39,748 bases of DNA, from contig CALBYO010000129.1 of the NCBI GenBank assembly GCA_937889705.1, positions 1-39,748 of the forward strand. The letters run 5' to 3'. Numbering within the stretch: position 1 is the first letter of the stretch; every line of letters starts with the position of its first letter. Positions 1-8,546 of this stretch are shown here, in pieces. Origin of the DNA: an uncultured Bacillota bacterium. Its GTDB lineage: Bacteria > Bacillota > Clostridia > Christensenellales > UBA1242. The notes beneath the pieces were generated by a model, which worked only from the letters and a program-made list of their open reading frames with translations, did no database searches and was not told the DNA's origin. A program made the position numbers and the translations under genes.

Positions 1-2
1 AT

Positions 3-881
3 TCAGACTTTGCAAATGATTATCTTTCAGAAACAGCATTGAAAGTAACAGCAAAATCTTCAAAAGGCACTGTTAAAGGCTACACTGTTGGACTTTGGGA
101 TAGCGAATATAAAGATTTTATTTATTCAAAGACTAACACTGATTCAGAAAATGGCAGTTATGAAGTTCAAGGAGGAATTGCCGTAACAGGGTATTATGGT
201 GACAATTCCGAAATTACGATTGAAAAAACTGCTAAGATTAGATCAAGAGAAATGAAATGGGTTTTAACTTATAGTAGTTATGTAGATTGGGCTGGAAAGT
301 TTATGAACTTAATGTCATCACTTAATTATCCTTGCACTATTACAACAAACAGTGGTTATTCTCAAACGATTAATAGTAGTGACGAGTTAATGCAATATGC
401 TCAGAATGTTCCAGAAGGTAGTTTCTTAGAAAGTGAATATAGGGACGGAATGACGATTGTTTCGAATATTTGGGTTAAGTCAACATTTGGTGGTTCAACA
501 TTTGATATTAAAGAAATTGGTAATTCGGCATTTTTAGGAAATACAAACATTAAAAAAGTAATTATTAATGCAGACATTACTTACATCGCAGATGCCGCAT
601 TTAATGTTGATGCTGAAGCTGGCTCAGGCAATGTTTGTGGAATAGAAGAGATTATTTTGCCAAGTTCTTTAAAAAAGATTGGACAAGATGTATTTAGACG
701 ATCGGCATTAAATACAATAAGTTTACCAGATGGCTTAGAAAGTATCGGAACAGGTTCTTTTGGCGAATGTTTAAATTTAACTACAAAAATTGGCTCTGGT
801 TGGGTAAAATCAGAAGACGGAACAGAAGTTCCTGCTGACACATTATTGCAAGACATTGACTATGCAATTAAAAGAGCGTAA
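3..881 (+). CDS. BspA-type leucine-rich-repeat surface protein, C-terminal fragment (5' end lies outside the window)
   Basis: Frame 3 is open from the window edge; the listed start at 39 is only a TTG inside an open frame. Repeated segments IGNSAFLGNTNIKKVII, ITYIADAAFN, LKKIGQDVFRRSALNTISLP and LESIGTGSFGECLNL fit the BspA/LRR_5 pattern. A hairpin terminator follows. Confidence 0.6.
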   Translation, partial: SDFANDYLSETALKVTAKSSKGTVKGYTVGLWDSEYKDFIYSKTNTDSENGSYEVQGGIAVTGYYGDNSEITIEKTAKIRSREMKWVLTYSSYVDWAGKFMNLMSSLNYPCTITTNSGYSQTINSSDELMQYAQNVPEGSFLESEYRDGMTIVSNIWVKSTFGGSTFDIKEIGNSAFLGNTNIKKVIINADITYIADAAFNVDAEAGSGNVCGIEEIILPSSLKKIGQDVFRRSALNTISLPDGLESIGTGSFGECLNLTTKIGSGWVKSEDGTEVPADTLLQDIDYAIKRA

Positions 882-902
882 TTAAACGCAAAACCAGAAA
901 AT

Positions 903-931
903 AAAAACACTCACGATTGTGGGTGTTTTTT
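903..931. terminator. Bidirectional rho-independent terminator between convergent genes
   Basis: Stem acactcac / gtgggtgt with loop gatt, flanked by an A-run and a T-run. It overlaps the stop codon of the minus-strand ORF. Confidence 0.6.
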
Positions 932-1349
932 AATTGCCAAATTCTTGGTTATTATTCAATTTCTTTTGAGCAAGGTCTGTTTCGTTATTTAGTTTTCTAT
1001 CCCAAACCTTGGCGTATTTATGATTGATTTCCATTTCAATTATTTTACCACTGAGCAGGTGAGGATCTAAATCGGCTTCTCTCATCATTTCTCTAAGTGC
1101 TCCGCTTGGCGTGCCTATGCATGTTAATTGGATCATTGGACTGCGAGCCGTTTTTGGAAATTCTTCATACAAATAGTCGGTTAAAAGTTCTTTAAAATCG
1201 TCTAATTTTATTTCAAAATTATATTTTCTTTGAACAAATCTTGGCATAACGTCAATTTGATTATCACGTTTAAATTTTTCAATTTGCATTGAAATTAAAT
1301 TGGACCAATATTCTACTGCTGCGTTGATGATTTCAATTTTTTTTGCCAT
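930..1349 (-). CDS. Hypothetical protein, 139 aa, no recognisable motif
   Basis: ATG start with a GAAGGA Shine-Dalgarno 5 nt upstream. Clean ORF ending at the shared terminator. Confidence 0.55.
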   Translation of the reverse strand: MAKKIEIINAAVEYWSNLISMQIEKFKRDNQIDVMPRFVQRKYNFEIKLDDFKELLTDYLYEEFPKTARSPMIQLTCIGTPSGALREMMREADLDPHLLSGKIIEMEINHKYAKVWDRKLNNETDLAQKKLNNNQEFGN

Positions 1350-1509
1350 GCTCGTTCCTTCGATATTGTAATATCACAATTTATTTTATTCGTCAATAGT
1401 CAAATTTAACAAATTTGAATTTTTTGCCAGATTTTGTCAAAGTTTAAAAAGCCATTTTCTTTGATAAATCTAATTTTATGAATTTGTCCAAGAATTTTGT
1501 TAAAAACTG

Positions 1510-1538
1510 TTGACAATTGGAAATAAATACGATATATT
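1510..1538 (+). promoter_or_regulatory. Sigma-A type promoter for the tRNA cluster (TTGACA-17-TATATT)
   Basis: TTGACA at 1510-1515 and TATATT at 1533-1538 with a 17-nt spacer, about 28 nt upstream of the first tRNA. Confidence 0.6.
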
Positions 1539-1565
1539 AATAAGGCTTTTGAGAAAAAAGTGTGT

Positions 1566-1642
<77 letters not shown>

Positions 1643-1659
1643 TTAATTTAAAGCTTTAT

Positions 1660-1736
1660 GGCGACGTAGCTCAGTTGGCTAGAGCGTGCGGTTCATACCC
1701 GCAAGGTCGAAGGTTCGAATCTTTCCGTCGCTACCA
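1660..1736 (+). tRNA. Elongator tRNA-Met (anticodon CAT); tRNA-Ile2 (lysidine) not formally excluded
   Basis: Acceptor GGCGACG/CGTCGCT, anticodon stem-loop tgcgg-TTCATAC-ccgca, T-arm GGTTCGAATC, encoded CCA. The anticodon arm resembles Bacillus elongator Met. Confidence 0.8.
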
Positions 1737-1744
1737 TCAAATGT

Positions 1745-1819
1745 GGTCCCGTGGTCAAGTGGTTAAGACACCGCCCTTTCACGGCGGTATCATGGGTTCG
1801 AATCCCGTCGGGATCACCA
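1745..1819 (+). tRNA. tRNA-Glu (anticodon TTC)
   Basis: GGTCCCGTGGTCAAGTGGTTAAGACACCGCC-CTTTCAC-GGCGG..GGGTTCGAATCCC..GGGATCACCA. Very close to the canonical Firmicute tRNA-Glu. Confidence 0.9.
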
Positions 1820-1855
1820 GACGAAAACACACCATTTAGGTGTGTTTTTTAATGC
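1804..1855 (+). repeat. Direct repeat copy 1: last 16 nt of tRNA-Glu plus its terminator, 52 bp
   Basis: cccgtcgggatcaccagacgaaaacacaccatttaggtgtgttttttaatgc is identical to 2016-2067. Confidence 0.9.
1824..1850 (+). terminator. Rho-independent terminator of the tRNA cluster
   Basis: aaaacacacc-attta-ggtgtgtttttt hairpin plus T-run. Confidence 0.75.
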
Positions 1856-2015
1856 AGGCGTTCGAGATTCGAACCCTGGGTTCGCACCGCAAACAAAGTT
1901 TGCTATCACGCCTCTGTTCAAAATGGTCGTCTTTTCGCAGGAAAGGCTCAAATACTCCCTTTTTCACAGAAAATCGCCTACACTTATTCGTCCACTGGAC
2001 GCGTTTGGCTCTTTT
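1856..2015. other. 160-bp insert between the 52-bp repeats, containing a compact multi-stem structure (1856-1913)
   Basis: Closing stem aggcgt (1856-1861) / acgcct (1908-1913). Inner hairpins cgaacc-ctg-ggttcg (1870-1884) and gcaaac-aaa-gtttgc (1889-1903). It contains a GGTTCGAATC-like string on the minus strand but no valid cloverleaf. Confidence 0.35.
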
Positions 2016-2067
2016 CCCGTCGGGATCACCAGACGAAAACACACCATTTAGGTGTGTTTTTTAATGC
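2016..2067 (+). repeat. Direct repeat copy 2 (orphan tRNA-Glu 3' end plus second terminator copy)
   Basis: Exact 52-bp match to 1804-1855, with the terminator hairpin at 2036-2062. It is preceded by gcgtttggctctttt (2001-2015). Confidence 0.9.
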
Positions 2068-2070
2068 TTA

Positions 2071-2103
2071 GCGTTTGGCTCTTTTCTCATCGGTATAACC
2101 AAG
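2071..2103 (+). repeat. Degenerate third partial copy (gcgtttggctctttt plus a decayed tRNA 3' end)
   Basis: gcgtttggctcttttctcatcggtataaccaag compared with 2001-2032 gcgtttggctcttttcccgtcgggatcaccag, at a 70-bp tandem offset. Confidence 0.7.
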
Positions 2104-2249
2104 AAAATTAAAAAGGTCTTTTATAAGGTCTTTTTTTATCAATAATATTGAATATATACATTCTTATAATTATATTTTAGATATACACGGTGAAAAAAAT
2201 ATTGACTATGAAATAAAAATGATATAATATAAAGTCATAGGAGATTAAT

Positions 2250-3548
2250 ATGGTAGAACCTAAAATATTGCCTGGGTTTATAGAGTTTTCCCCAAGCGAA
2301 CAAGCACAATTTAAAAAAATAAAAACTACGATTGCTAAAAATTTTGAGTTATTTGGATACAGTCCTATTGATACAGTTGTTTTGGAGCGCGAAGATGTTT
2401 TACTTGCGAAAGCTGGTGGTGAAACAGAAAAACAGATTTTCACAATTGAGAAAGGCGAGAAAAATATGTGCCTTCGTTTTGACTTAACTGTTTCATTTGC
2501 AAGGTATGTTGCTTCAAGGGAAAATGAATTGGCTTTTCCATTTAAAAGATTTCAAGTTGGTAAAGTTTATCGCGGCGAAAGGCCACAAAAGGGAAGATAC
2601 AGAGAATTTTATCAATGCGACATTGATGTTATTGGTAAGGAAAATTTATCAGTTAAGTATGATGCAGAAGTCCCTTGCGTCATGAGTAAGTCGTTGAAAG
2701 AAATTGGCATTGAGAATTTTAAAATTAAGATTAACAACAGGAAAGTTTTGTTTGGATTTATACAATCTTTGAACCTTGGTTGTGATTATAACGAAGTGGT
2801 AAGAATAATTGATAAGTTTGACAAAATCGGCAAGGAAAATTTTGTTGCTTGTTTGAAAGATTTACAAATTAGTGACGAAAATTGCGAAAAAATCTTGAAT
2901 TTTATTGAAAAAAGCGGAAAAAATTGTGAAAAAATTGAATTTTTAAGAAATTTAAACATCGCTTCCGAAGATTTTAACAAAGGTGTTGAAGAGCTTGAAG
3001 AAGTATTAAGCGTGGTAAAATCTTTTGGCGAAGAAGACAATTTTGAAATAGATTTTAAAATTTCCCGCGGGCTTGATTATTACACTGGTACGGTTTACGA
3101 AACATTTATAACTGGCTACGAAAATTTCGGTTCAATTTGCTCAGGTGGAAGATACGACAATCTTGCTGGTTGTTATACAAATACAAAATTGCCTGGCGTG
3201 GGTATGAGCATTGGATTGACAAGATTATTTGTGTTGCTTAGAGATAATAATCTTTTAAAATTTGAAAGCAAGTCAAGCATTGATGTTCTTATTTTAACAA
3301 TGGGTGAATATTGCGACCAAGCGGTTAAGCTTGCAGAGTTTTTAAGAACAAATGGTGTTCGATGCGACAACTATTTTGACGATGCAAAGTTTAAAGCCAA
3401 AATGAACTATGCAAATAAAATCGGTGTGCCTTATGTTGCAATTTTAGGTGAAGATGAAATTGCAAATGATTACATTACTTTGAAAAACATGTCAACAGGC
3501 GAGCAACAAAAAGTTTCTAACAATGAACTTATAAAAATTATTAAATAA
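2250..3548 (+). CDS. hisS: Histidyl-tRNA synthetase
   Basis: Class II motifs YRGERPQKGRYREFYQCDIDVIG, RGLDYYTG and GGRYDNL. A C-terminal anticodon-binding domain is present. AGGAG Shine-Dalgarno. Confidence 0.92.
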   Translation: MVEPKILPGFIEFSPSEQAQFKKIKTTIAKNFELFGYSPIDTVVLEREDVLLAKAGGETEKQIFTIEKGEKNMCLRFDLTVSFARYVASRENELAFPFKRFQVGKVYRGERPQKGRYREFYQCDIDVIGKENLSVKYDAEVPCVMSKSLKEIGIENFKIKINNRKVLFGFIQSLNLGCDYNEVVRIIDKFDKIGKENFVACLKDLQISDENCEKILNFIEKSGKNCEKIEFLRNLNIASEDFNKGVEELEEVLSVVKSFGEEDNFEIDFKISRGLDYYTGTVYETFITGYENFGSICSGGRYDNLAGCYTNTKLPGVGMSIGLTRLFVLLRDNNLLKFESKSSIDVLILTMGEYCDQAVKLAEFLRTNGVRCDNYFDDAKFKAKMNYANKIGVPYVAILGEDEIANDYITLKNMSTGEQQKVSNNELIKIIK

Positions 3549-3552
3549 ATTG

Positions 3553-3581
3553 TTGACAAACCCCTTGTTTTAGTGTAGTAT
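3553..3581 (+). promoter_or_regulatory. Candidate promoter for tRNA-His (TTGACA-17-TAGTAT)
   Basis: TTGACA at 3553-3558 and TAGTAT at 3576-3581, about 11 nt before the tRNA 5' end. Confidence 0.45.
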
Positions 3582-3591
3582 AACAAGGCGT

Positions 3592-3668
3592 GGTGGATAT
3601 AGCTCAGCTGGTAGAGCGCCAGATTGTGGCTCTGGAGGTCAAGGGTTCGAGACCCTTTATTCACCCCA
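3592..3668 (+). tRNA. tRNA-His (anticodon GTG) with encoded G-1
   Basis: 8-bp acceptor stem GGTGGATA/TATTCACC including G-1:C73. Anticodon stem-loop ccaga-TTGTGGC-tctgg, T-arm GGGTTCGAGACCC, encoded CCA. Confidence 0.9.
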
Positions 3669-3670
3669 TT

Positions 3671-3695
3671 AAGCACCTTAATAGGTGCTTTTTTT
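3671..3695 (+). terminator. Rho-independent terminator after tRNA-His
   Basis: aagcacct-taat-aggtgctt followed by a T-run. Confidence 0.75.
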
Positions 3696-3838
3696 GTTGC
3701 TTATTGGGTCTCGAATTAAGCGTAAAAAAAGTTGCCAGTGGCAAGTTTTTTAGCGCCGGCGTGAAATTGTGATAGAGTGTGAATAATAATTTTTATAAAT
3801 CACTTTATTTTTGCAATAATTAGTGATATATTTTTCGC

Positions 3839-4033
3839 ATGGAAGAAAATGAAAACAGCTTAGAGTTTATAAAATATTTACAAAATTTTGACGAGGATTT
3901 TAGTATGAGTGATTACACGCCTGACGAAATTTATGAAATGATTCATAAAAACGATACACAAAAATTTAAAGACAAATATTTCAGCAAATATGATGATGTG
4001 AAAAGTAGTAGCTTAAAAAAGCAAGATTGGTAA
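3839..4033 (+). CDS. Small acidic hypothetical protein (64 aa); coding status uncertain
   Basis: ORF lies between a terminator and the typA promoter. No convincing Shine-Dalgarno and no known motif. Confidence 0.3.
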   Translation: MEENENSLEFIKYLQNFDEDFSMSDYTPDEIYEMIHKNDTQKFKDKYFSKYDDVKSSSLKKQDW

Positions 4034-4053
4034 TAAAAATTTTTCAAAATTTA

Positions 4054-4082
4054 TTGCAATCGCCTTTGCGTTGTGATATAAT
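4054..4082 (+). promoter_or_regulatory. typA promoter (TTGCAA-17-TATAAT with extended -10 TG)
   Basis: TTGCAA at 4054-4059, TG at 4074-4075, TATAAT at 4077-4082. Confidence 0.7.
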
Positions 4083-4109
4083 GCCACGGTTTAAAAAAGG
4101 AAAAAATTT

Positions 4110-5939
4110 ATGAATAAGAATATTAGAAATGTTGCGATAATCGCGCACGTTGACCACGGTAAAACATCACTTGTTAACGAAATGTTAAAACAAGGCAATG
4201 TTTTTAGGGACAATCAAACAGTTGAAGACAGAGTTATGGATAGTAATGACATCGAAAAAGAAAGGGGCATTACTATTCTTTCCAAGAACGCAAGTTGTTC
4301 TTATAAAGGCGTTAAAATCAATGTTGTTGACACCCCAGGACACGCGGATTTCGGTGGCGAAGTTGAGCGTGTTTTGAAGATGGTTGATGGCGTTTTGCTT
4401 GTTGTTGATGCTTATGAAGGACCAATGCCACAAACAAGATTTGTTTTGGAACGTGCTCTTGCTCTTGGGCTTAAAGTCATTGTTGTTGTAAATAAAATTG
4501 ATAAACCAGATGCAAGGCTTAAAGAAGTTCAAGACGAAGTTTTGGAACTTTTATTAGATTTAGACGCTGATGAAGAACAATTAAATTCTCCATTCATTTT
4601 TGCATCAGCAAGAGAAGGAACAGCAAGCACAAATTATTTGGAAAAGGGCAAAGATTTAACACCACTTTTTGATTGCATATTGGAACATATTCCAGCACCA
4701 CAAGGTGATGAAAATGCACCATTTAGAATGCTTGTGTCATCAGCAGAACACAACGATTATGTTGGTAAACTTGCTATTGGTAAAATTGAAAGCGGAAGCG
4801 TTAAAATTGGTGACCAAATTGTGCTTTGCAACTACCACGATGAAAGCAAAAAAATTAGAAATAAAATTGTTTCACTTTTTACTTTTGAAGGCTTGAAAAG
4901 AGTTCAAGTTGAAAGTGCAAGCGTTGGTGAAATTGTTTGTATTGCTGGTATAGAAAATATCGGTATTGGCGACACAGTTTGCAGTCCTGAAAGAGTTGAA
5001 CCACTTGAATTTGTTAAAATTGCAGAACCAAGCGTTGAAATGACTTTCCTTGTAAATGATAGCCCATTTGCTGGCAAAGAAGGCAAATTTGTAACAAGCA
5101 GGCATTTGCGTGACAGGCTCTATAAAGAAGCAGTTAAAGACTTGTCATTAAAGGTTAGTGACACAAATTCAACAGATGCGTTCACTGTTTGCGGTCGTGG
5201 CGAAATGCACCTTTCAATTTTGATTGAAAATATGCGCCGTGATGGCTATGAATTCCAAGTTTCAATGCCAAGAGTTAGATTTAAAGAAATTGACGGCAAA
5301 AAATATGAACCTATTGATATTTTGACAGTTGATGTTCCAGAAGATAGTGTGGGCGCTATTATGAACAAAATGGGAAACAGAAAGGGTGACTTAATTGCTA
5401 TGACACCTAAGGGCAGCCGTATGAAAATGGAATTTTATATTCCAGAAAGAGGTATTTTTGGATTTAAATCAGAAATGCTTACAGACACACGCGGCGAAGG
5501 TATTATGAGTTCAGTTTTCCACGATTATGAACCTTACAAAGGCGAAATTAATAGAAAGGCTTATGGCTCACTTATCGCGTTTGAAAACGGCGAAGCAGTT
5601 GCTTATGGACTTTTCAATGCGCAAGACCGCGGACAATTATTCATTGGTGCTGGCACTCCTGTTTATGCTGGAATGGTATTTGGTAGAAATCCAAAGGGCG
5701 AAGACTTAGTTGTTAACCCTTGCAAAACAAAGCATTTATCTAACTGCCGTAGTTCAAGTTCAGACGAAGCATTAAGGCTTGTTCCACCAATTCAAATGAG
5801 TTTGGAAGATTGCCTTGAATTCTTGGCAGATGACGAATATTTGGAAGTAACACCAAAGTCAATCAGAATAAGAAAAATTGTTCTTGACCACAGAGAGCGT
5901 TTGCGTATTCGTGGCAAAATGTTAAATATGGAAGATTAA
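4110..5939 (+). CDS. typA: Translational GTPase TypA/BipA
   Basis: G-motifs [17 protein letters not shown] and NKIDK. EF-G-like architecture with the BipA-specific C-terminal domain. 609 aa. Confidence 0.93.
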   Translation: MNKNIRNVAIIAHVDHGKTSLVNEMLKQGNVFRDNQTVEDRVMDSNDIEKERGITILSKNASCSYKGVKINVVDTPGHADFGGEVERVLKMVDGVLLVVDAYEGPMPQTRFVLERALALGLKVIVVVNKIDKPDARLKEVQDEVLELLLDLDADEEQLNSPFIFASAREGTASTNYLEKGKDLTPLFDCILEHIPAPQGDENAPFRMLVSSAEHNDYVGKLAIGKIESGSVKIGDQIVLCNYHDESKKIRNKIVSLFTFEGLKRVQVESASVGEIVCIAGIENIGIGDTVCSPERVEPLEFVKIAEPSVEMTFLVNDSPFAGKEGKFVTSRHLRDRLYKEAVKDLSLKVSDTNSTDAFTVCGRGEMHLSILIENMRRDGYEFQVSMPRVRFKEIDGKKYEPIDILTVDVPEDSVGAIMNKMGNRKGDLIAMTPKGSRMKMEFYIPERGIFGFKSEMLTDTRGEGIMSSVFHDYEPYKGEINRKAYGSLIAFENGEAVAYGLFNAQDRGQLFIGAGTPVYAGMVFGRNPKGEDLVVNPCKTKHLSNCRSSSSDEALRLVPPIQMSLEDCLEFLADDEYLEVTPKSIRIRKIVLDHRERLRIRGKMLNMED

Positions 5940-5942
5940 AAA

Positions 5943-5967
5943 ATACAGGCGGCGGCCTGTATTTTTT
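5943..5967. terminator. Bidirectional terminator between typA and rseP
   Basis: atacaggc-ggcg-gcctgtat hairpin flanked by an A-run and a T-run. Confidence 0.75.
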
Positions 5968-5980
5968 AACTTTAAACTAT

Positions 5981-7129
5981 TTAAAGCACGAAATGTAGGA
6001 TATCAACTACAACGACAAAGACAAGCAAAAATATCAGTCCGCCCATGTTGATGTAGCCCTTTACTTTTTCGTTAATAGGCTTTTTGGTTATCCATTCAAT
6101 TCCTGTGAAAACCATTTGTGCACCGTCAAGAGCGGGGAATGGAATAAGATTGAACATTGCCAGGTTTGCAGCAATCAGCGGCAGCAAGATGAACAAGTTG
6201 ACGATTGATGTTTGCGTGTAAGTTGCTATGAGCGAAATTGTTGTTATTGTTCCGCCGATTTGGTTGATTGGAATTTTGAAAGTTATAAGGAGCCACAAAG
6301 ATTTCAACACCGCCCAAGCCATGAAAATTGCAAGGGCGAATGCTCCGCCAAGTGCTTCAAAAAATGGTCTTGGATAGAGTTCAAGGTCGGCAACTGTAAG
6401 CAAAGCGTTGCCTTCTTCGTCAAACATATATATATCTTTGTTGTTGACATCGGCTTTTTGTTCTTCTGTCAATGTTTTTGGATTGACAGTATTTTTAAAT
6501 TTTGGTTTTAAAGCCACTGTGACATCTATAAACTCATCTTTTTTTGTTTCTTCGTTATATCTTTTTATTGTTAAAGTGATGTTGTTCCTATCTTTTGCAT
6601 TAGAGAGCAATGCGCCGAGCGTGCCGTTTGTTGCAAAGTTGATTTTTGTTCCATCAACTTCATAGATAACATCGCCTTTTTGCAAGTTTTCGTTGTAGAT
6701 GCTAGGGTCGCCAGTTACGCGATAAATATCATAACCAAAAGAAACTAACAAGATAAACGAAAATATAATTGCACTTAGAAAGTTAAAAAATGCACCTGCG
6801 AACAAAACAATCATTCTTTTCCAAGGTTTTTGATTGTTAAACGCTTCCGGATTTTTGCCGTCTGCGGCATCTGTTTCGCCTTCAAAAGCGCAATAGCCAC
6901 CAAGTGGAAAAATCCTAATTGAAAATTTTTCGCCGCGTTTGTTAGTTCTGGAATAAATTGCTTTACCAAAACCTATTGAAAATTCGTTAATTTTAAATTT
7001 CAAAAATCTTCCTGCAACATAATGTCCAGTTTCATGAATTAAAATCATGAGAAGAAGGACAAAGATAGCAAGAATAACATAAAGTATTGTTGACATTGTG
7101 GAAGAAATTCCCATTAATGATAAGTTCAA
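5981..7129 (-). CDS. rseP: RIP (site-2) zinc metalloprotease, M50 family, RseP/RasP
   Basis: HETGH (HExxH) in the first TM segment, central PDZ-like segment, NLIPFPALDG motif, multiple TM segments. TTG start with AAGAGG Shine-Dalgarno 5 nt upstream; in-frame ATGs at 7114 and 7096 are alternatives. Confidence 0.88.
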   Translation of the reverse strand: MNLSLMGISSTMSTILYVILAIFVLLLMILIHETGHYVAGRFLKFKINEFSIGFGKAIYSRTNKRGEKFSIRIFPLGGYCAFEGETDAADGKNPEAFNNQKPWKRMIVLFAGAFFNFLSAIIFSFILLVSFGYDIYRVTGDPSIYNENLQKGDVIYEVDGTKINFATNGTLGALLSNAKDRNNITLTIKRYNEETKKDEFIDVTVALKPKFKNTVNPKTLTEEQKADVNNKDIYMFDEEGNALLTVADLELYPRPFFEALGGAFALAIFMAWAVLKSLWLLITFKIPINQIGGTITTISLIATYTQTSIVNLFILLPLIAANLAMFNLIPFPALDGAQMVFTGIEWITKKPINEKVKGYINMGGLIFLLVFVVVVDILHFVL

Positions 7130-7231
7130 GTTAACCTCTTAAATATTGTTATGTTAAATGTGTTTATATAATAACATATTAAAAATAAAAAAGAAATACA
7201 AAAACTAAAATAGTGTAATTTTGATTAAATT

Positions 7232-7759
7232 CTACAAATATTGAGCGTTTTTTTCTAAAAGTTCTTTTGATGAACTGTTTATTTGCGATAGCAATACGAT
7301 TGCTGCAAGCAGTGCGAGCAGATTTGGAACATAGGTGAACCAACTAAGTGCGCCGCGGAACATATAGTATGTTTTGCCAACAACATATGGTTTGCCTGTT
7401 GTTTTATTGTATGTAACTTCGTTGCCGTCTGGACTGTCGTTAGCATCGCCCTGAGTTACAAAGTATCCTTCTTCGGTGATTTCAATAATTCTGTGAGTAA
7501 CATTGGTAGAGCCACTTGTAAAAGTTAAAATATCTCCAACCTTAAATTCATTTTGTTTTGGTTTATAAATAATGATAACATCGCCTTTATAAAGTGTTGG
7601 GTTCATGGAATTGCTGATAACTCTAACAGGTCTAAAACCTATAATCAGGGCAACAACGATTGTTAAAAGAAAAGCAATGAAGATGCTTTTAAGTGCCATG
7701 ACCAAATATTTTATAATTAAATTTGGCTTTTTTAGTTTGCCTTCAAGTTTGTAAATCAA
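7232..7759 (-). CDS. sipW: Signal peptidase I, SipW/ER-type (S26B)
   Basis: N-terminal TM segment, then the Ser box SNSMNPTL, His box VTHRII and GDANDSPD. There is no Lys box of the LepB type. TTG start with AAGGGG Shine-Dalgarno 6 nt upstream. Confidence 0.8.
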   Translation of the reverse strand: MIYKLEGKLKKPNLIIKYLVMALKSIFIAFLLTIVVALIIGFRPVRVISNSMNPTLYKGDVIIIYKPKQNEFKVGDILTFTSGSTNVTHRIIEITEEGYFVTQGDANDSPDGNEVTYNKTTGKPYVVGKTYYMFRGALSWFTYVPNLLALLAAIVLLSQINSSSKELLEKNAQYL

Positions 7760-7881
7760 GATAAACCCCTTAATAATTTGCCTAAATTTGACAAAATTAT
7801 GCTTTTTTTAACAAACTTAGACTATCACAGACACGAAAAAAGTCCAAACGATTGATAAAAATATATACTATCAAAAAATAT

Positions 7882-7910
7882 TTGCAAAAATTTAAAAGAT
7901 AAGTTACAAT
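7882..7910 (+). promoter_or_regulatory. frr promoter (TTGCAA-17-TACAAT)
   Basis: TTGCAA at 7882-7887 and TACAAT at 7905-7910. Confidence 0.55.
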
Positions 7911-7938
7911 CAAATCATCTTAAATTTAGGAGTTTTTT

Positions 7939-8505
7939 ATGAACGAAATGATTGACGAATTTTATACTGCTTGCAAAGATGATATGCAAAAAGCGATTGA
8001 CCACTTAAAAAGTGAATATCAAATGATTAGAGCGGGAAGAGCAAATCCACATATTTTGGATAAAGTTGTTGTTGAATACTACGGCGTTCCAACACCTATC
8101 AACCAAATGGCAAATATTTCTGTTCCAGAAGCAAGAGTGCTTTTGATTAATGTTTGGGACCAATCGCAAATTGTTAATATTTCAAAAGCGATAAGCCAAG
8201 CGGATCTTGGAGTTAATCCAATAGACAATGGTAAAGCAATTAGGTTGATTTTCCCAGCGCTCACAGAAGAAAGAAGAAAGGAAATTGTTAAGTCTGTTAA
8301 GAAATTATGCGAAGACTGTAAAATTTCTTTAAGAAATGCAAGAAGAGATTGTCTTGATGTTTTCAAAAATATGAAGAAAGAAGGAGAACTTACAGAAGAC
8401 GAACTTGCTACTTGCGAAAAAGATGTTCAAAAATTTATTGATACTTTTGTTGAAAAAGCAGATAATTTAGCAAATGAAAAAGAAAAAGAAGTTATGGAAA
8501 TCTAA
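7939..8505 (+). CDS. frr: Ribosome recycling factor
   Basis: 188 aa with the typical RRF sequence (RAGRANPHILDKV, LGVNP, EERRKE). AGGAG Shine-Dalgarno. Confidence 0.93.
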   Translation: MNEMIDEFYTACKDDMQKAIDHLKSEYQMIRAGRANPHILDKVVVEYYGVPTPINQMANISVPEARVLLINVWDQSQIVNISKAISQADLGVNPIDNGKAIRLIFPALTEERRKEIVKSVKKLCEDCKISLRNARRDCLDVFKNMKKEGELTEDELATCEKDVQKFIDTFVEKADNLANEKEKEVMEI

Positions 8506-8546
8506 AACTTCTTTTTTCCTTTTATAAAACATAAAATAAGGTTGTA

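Noticed and set aside
1856-1913. Possible minus-strand tRNA gene or pseudogene, because of the GGTTCGAATC string
   Set aside because: The stems flanking the T-loop-like string do not pair as a T-arm. The candidate anticodon hairpin has a 3-nt loop. There is no D-arm or CCA context. It is kept only as an unexplained structured insert.
2202-2228. hisS promoter TTGACT ... TGATATAAT
   Set aside because: The hexamers are good but the spacer is only 15 nt by my count, so I did not list it as a feature. The transcription start would need experimental mapping.
2250-3548. Possibility that the hisS-like gene is the regulatory paralogue HisZ
   Set aside because: It retains class II catalytic motifs (including GGRYD) and a full C-terminal anticodon-binding domain, and it is adjacent to tRNA-His.
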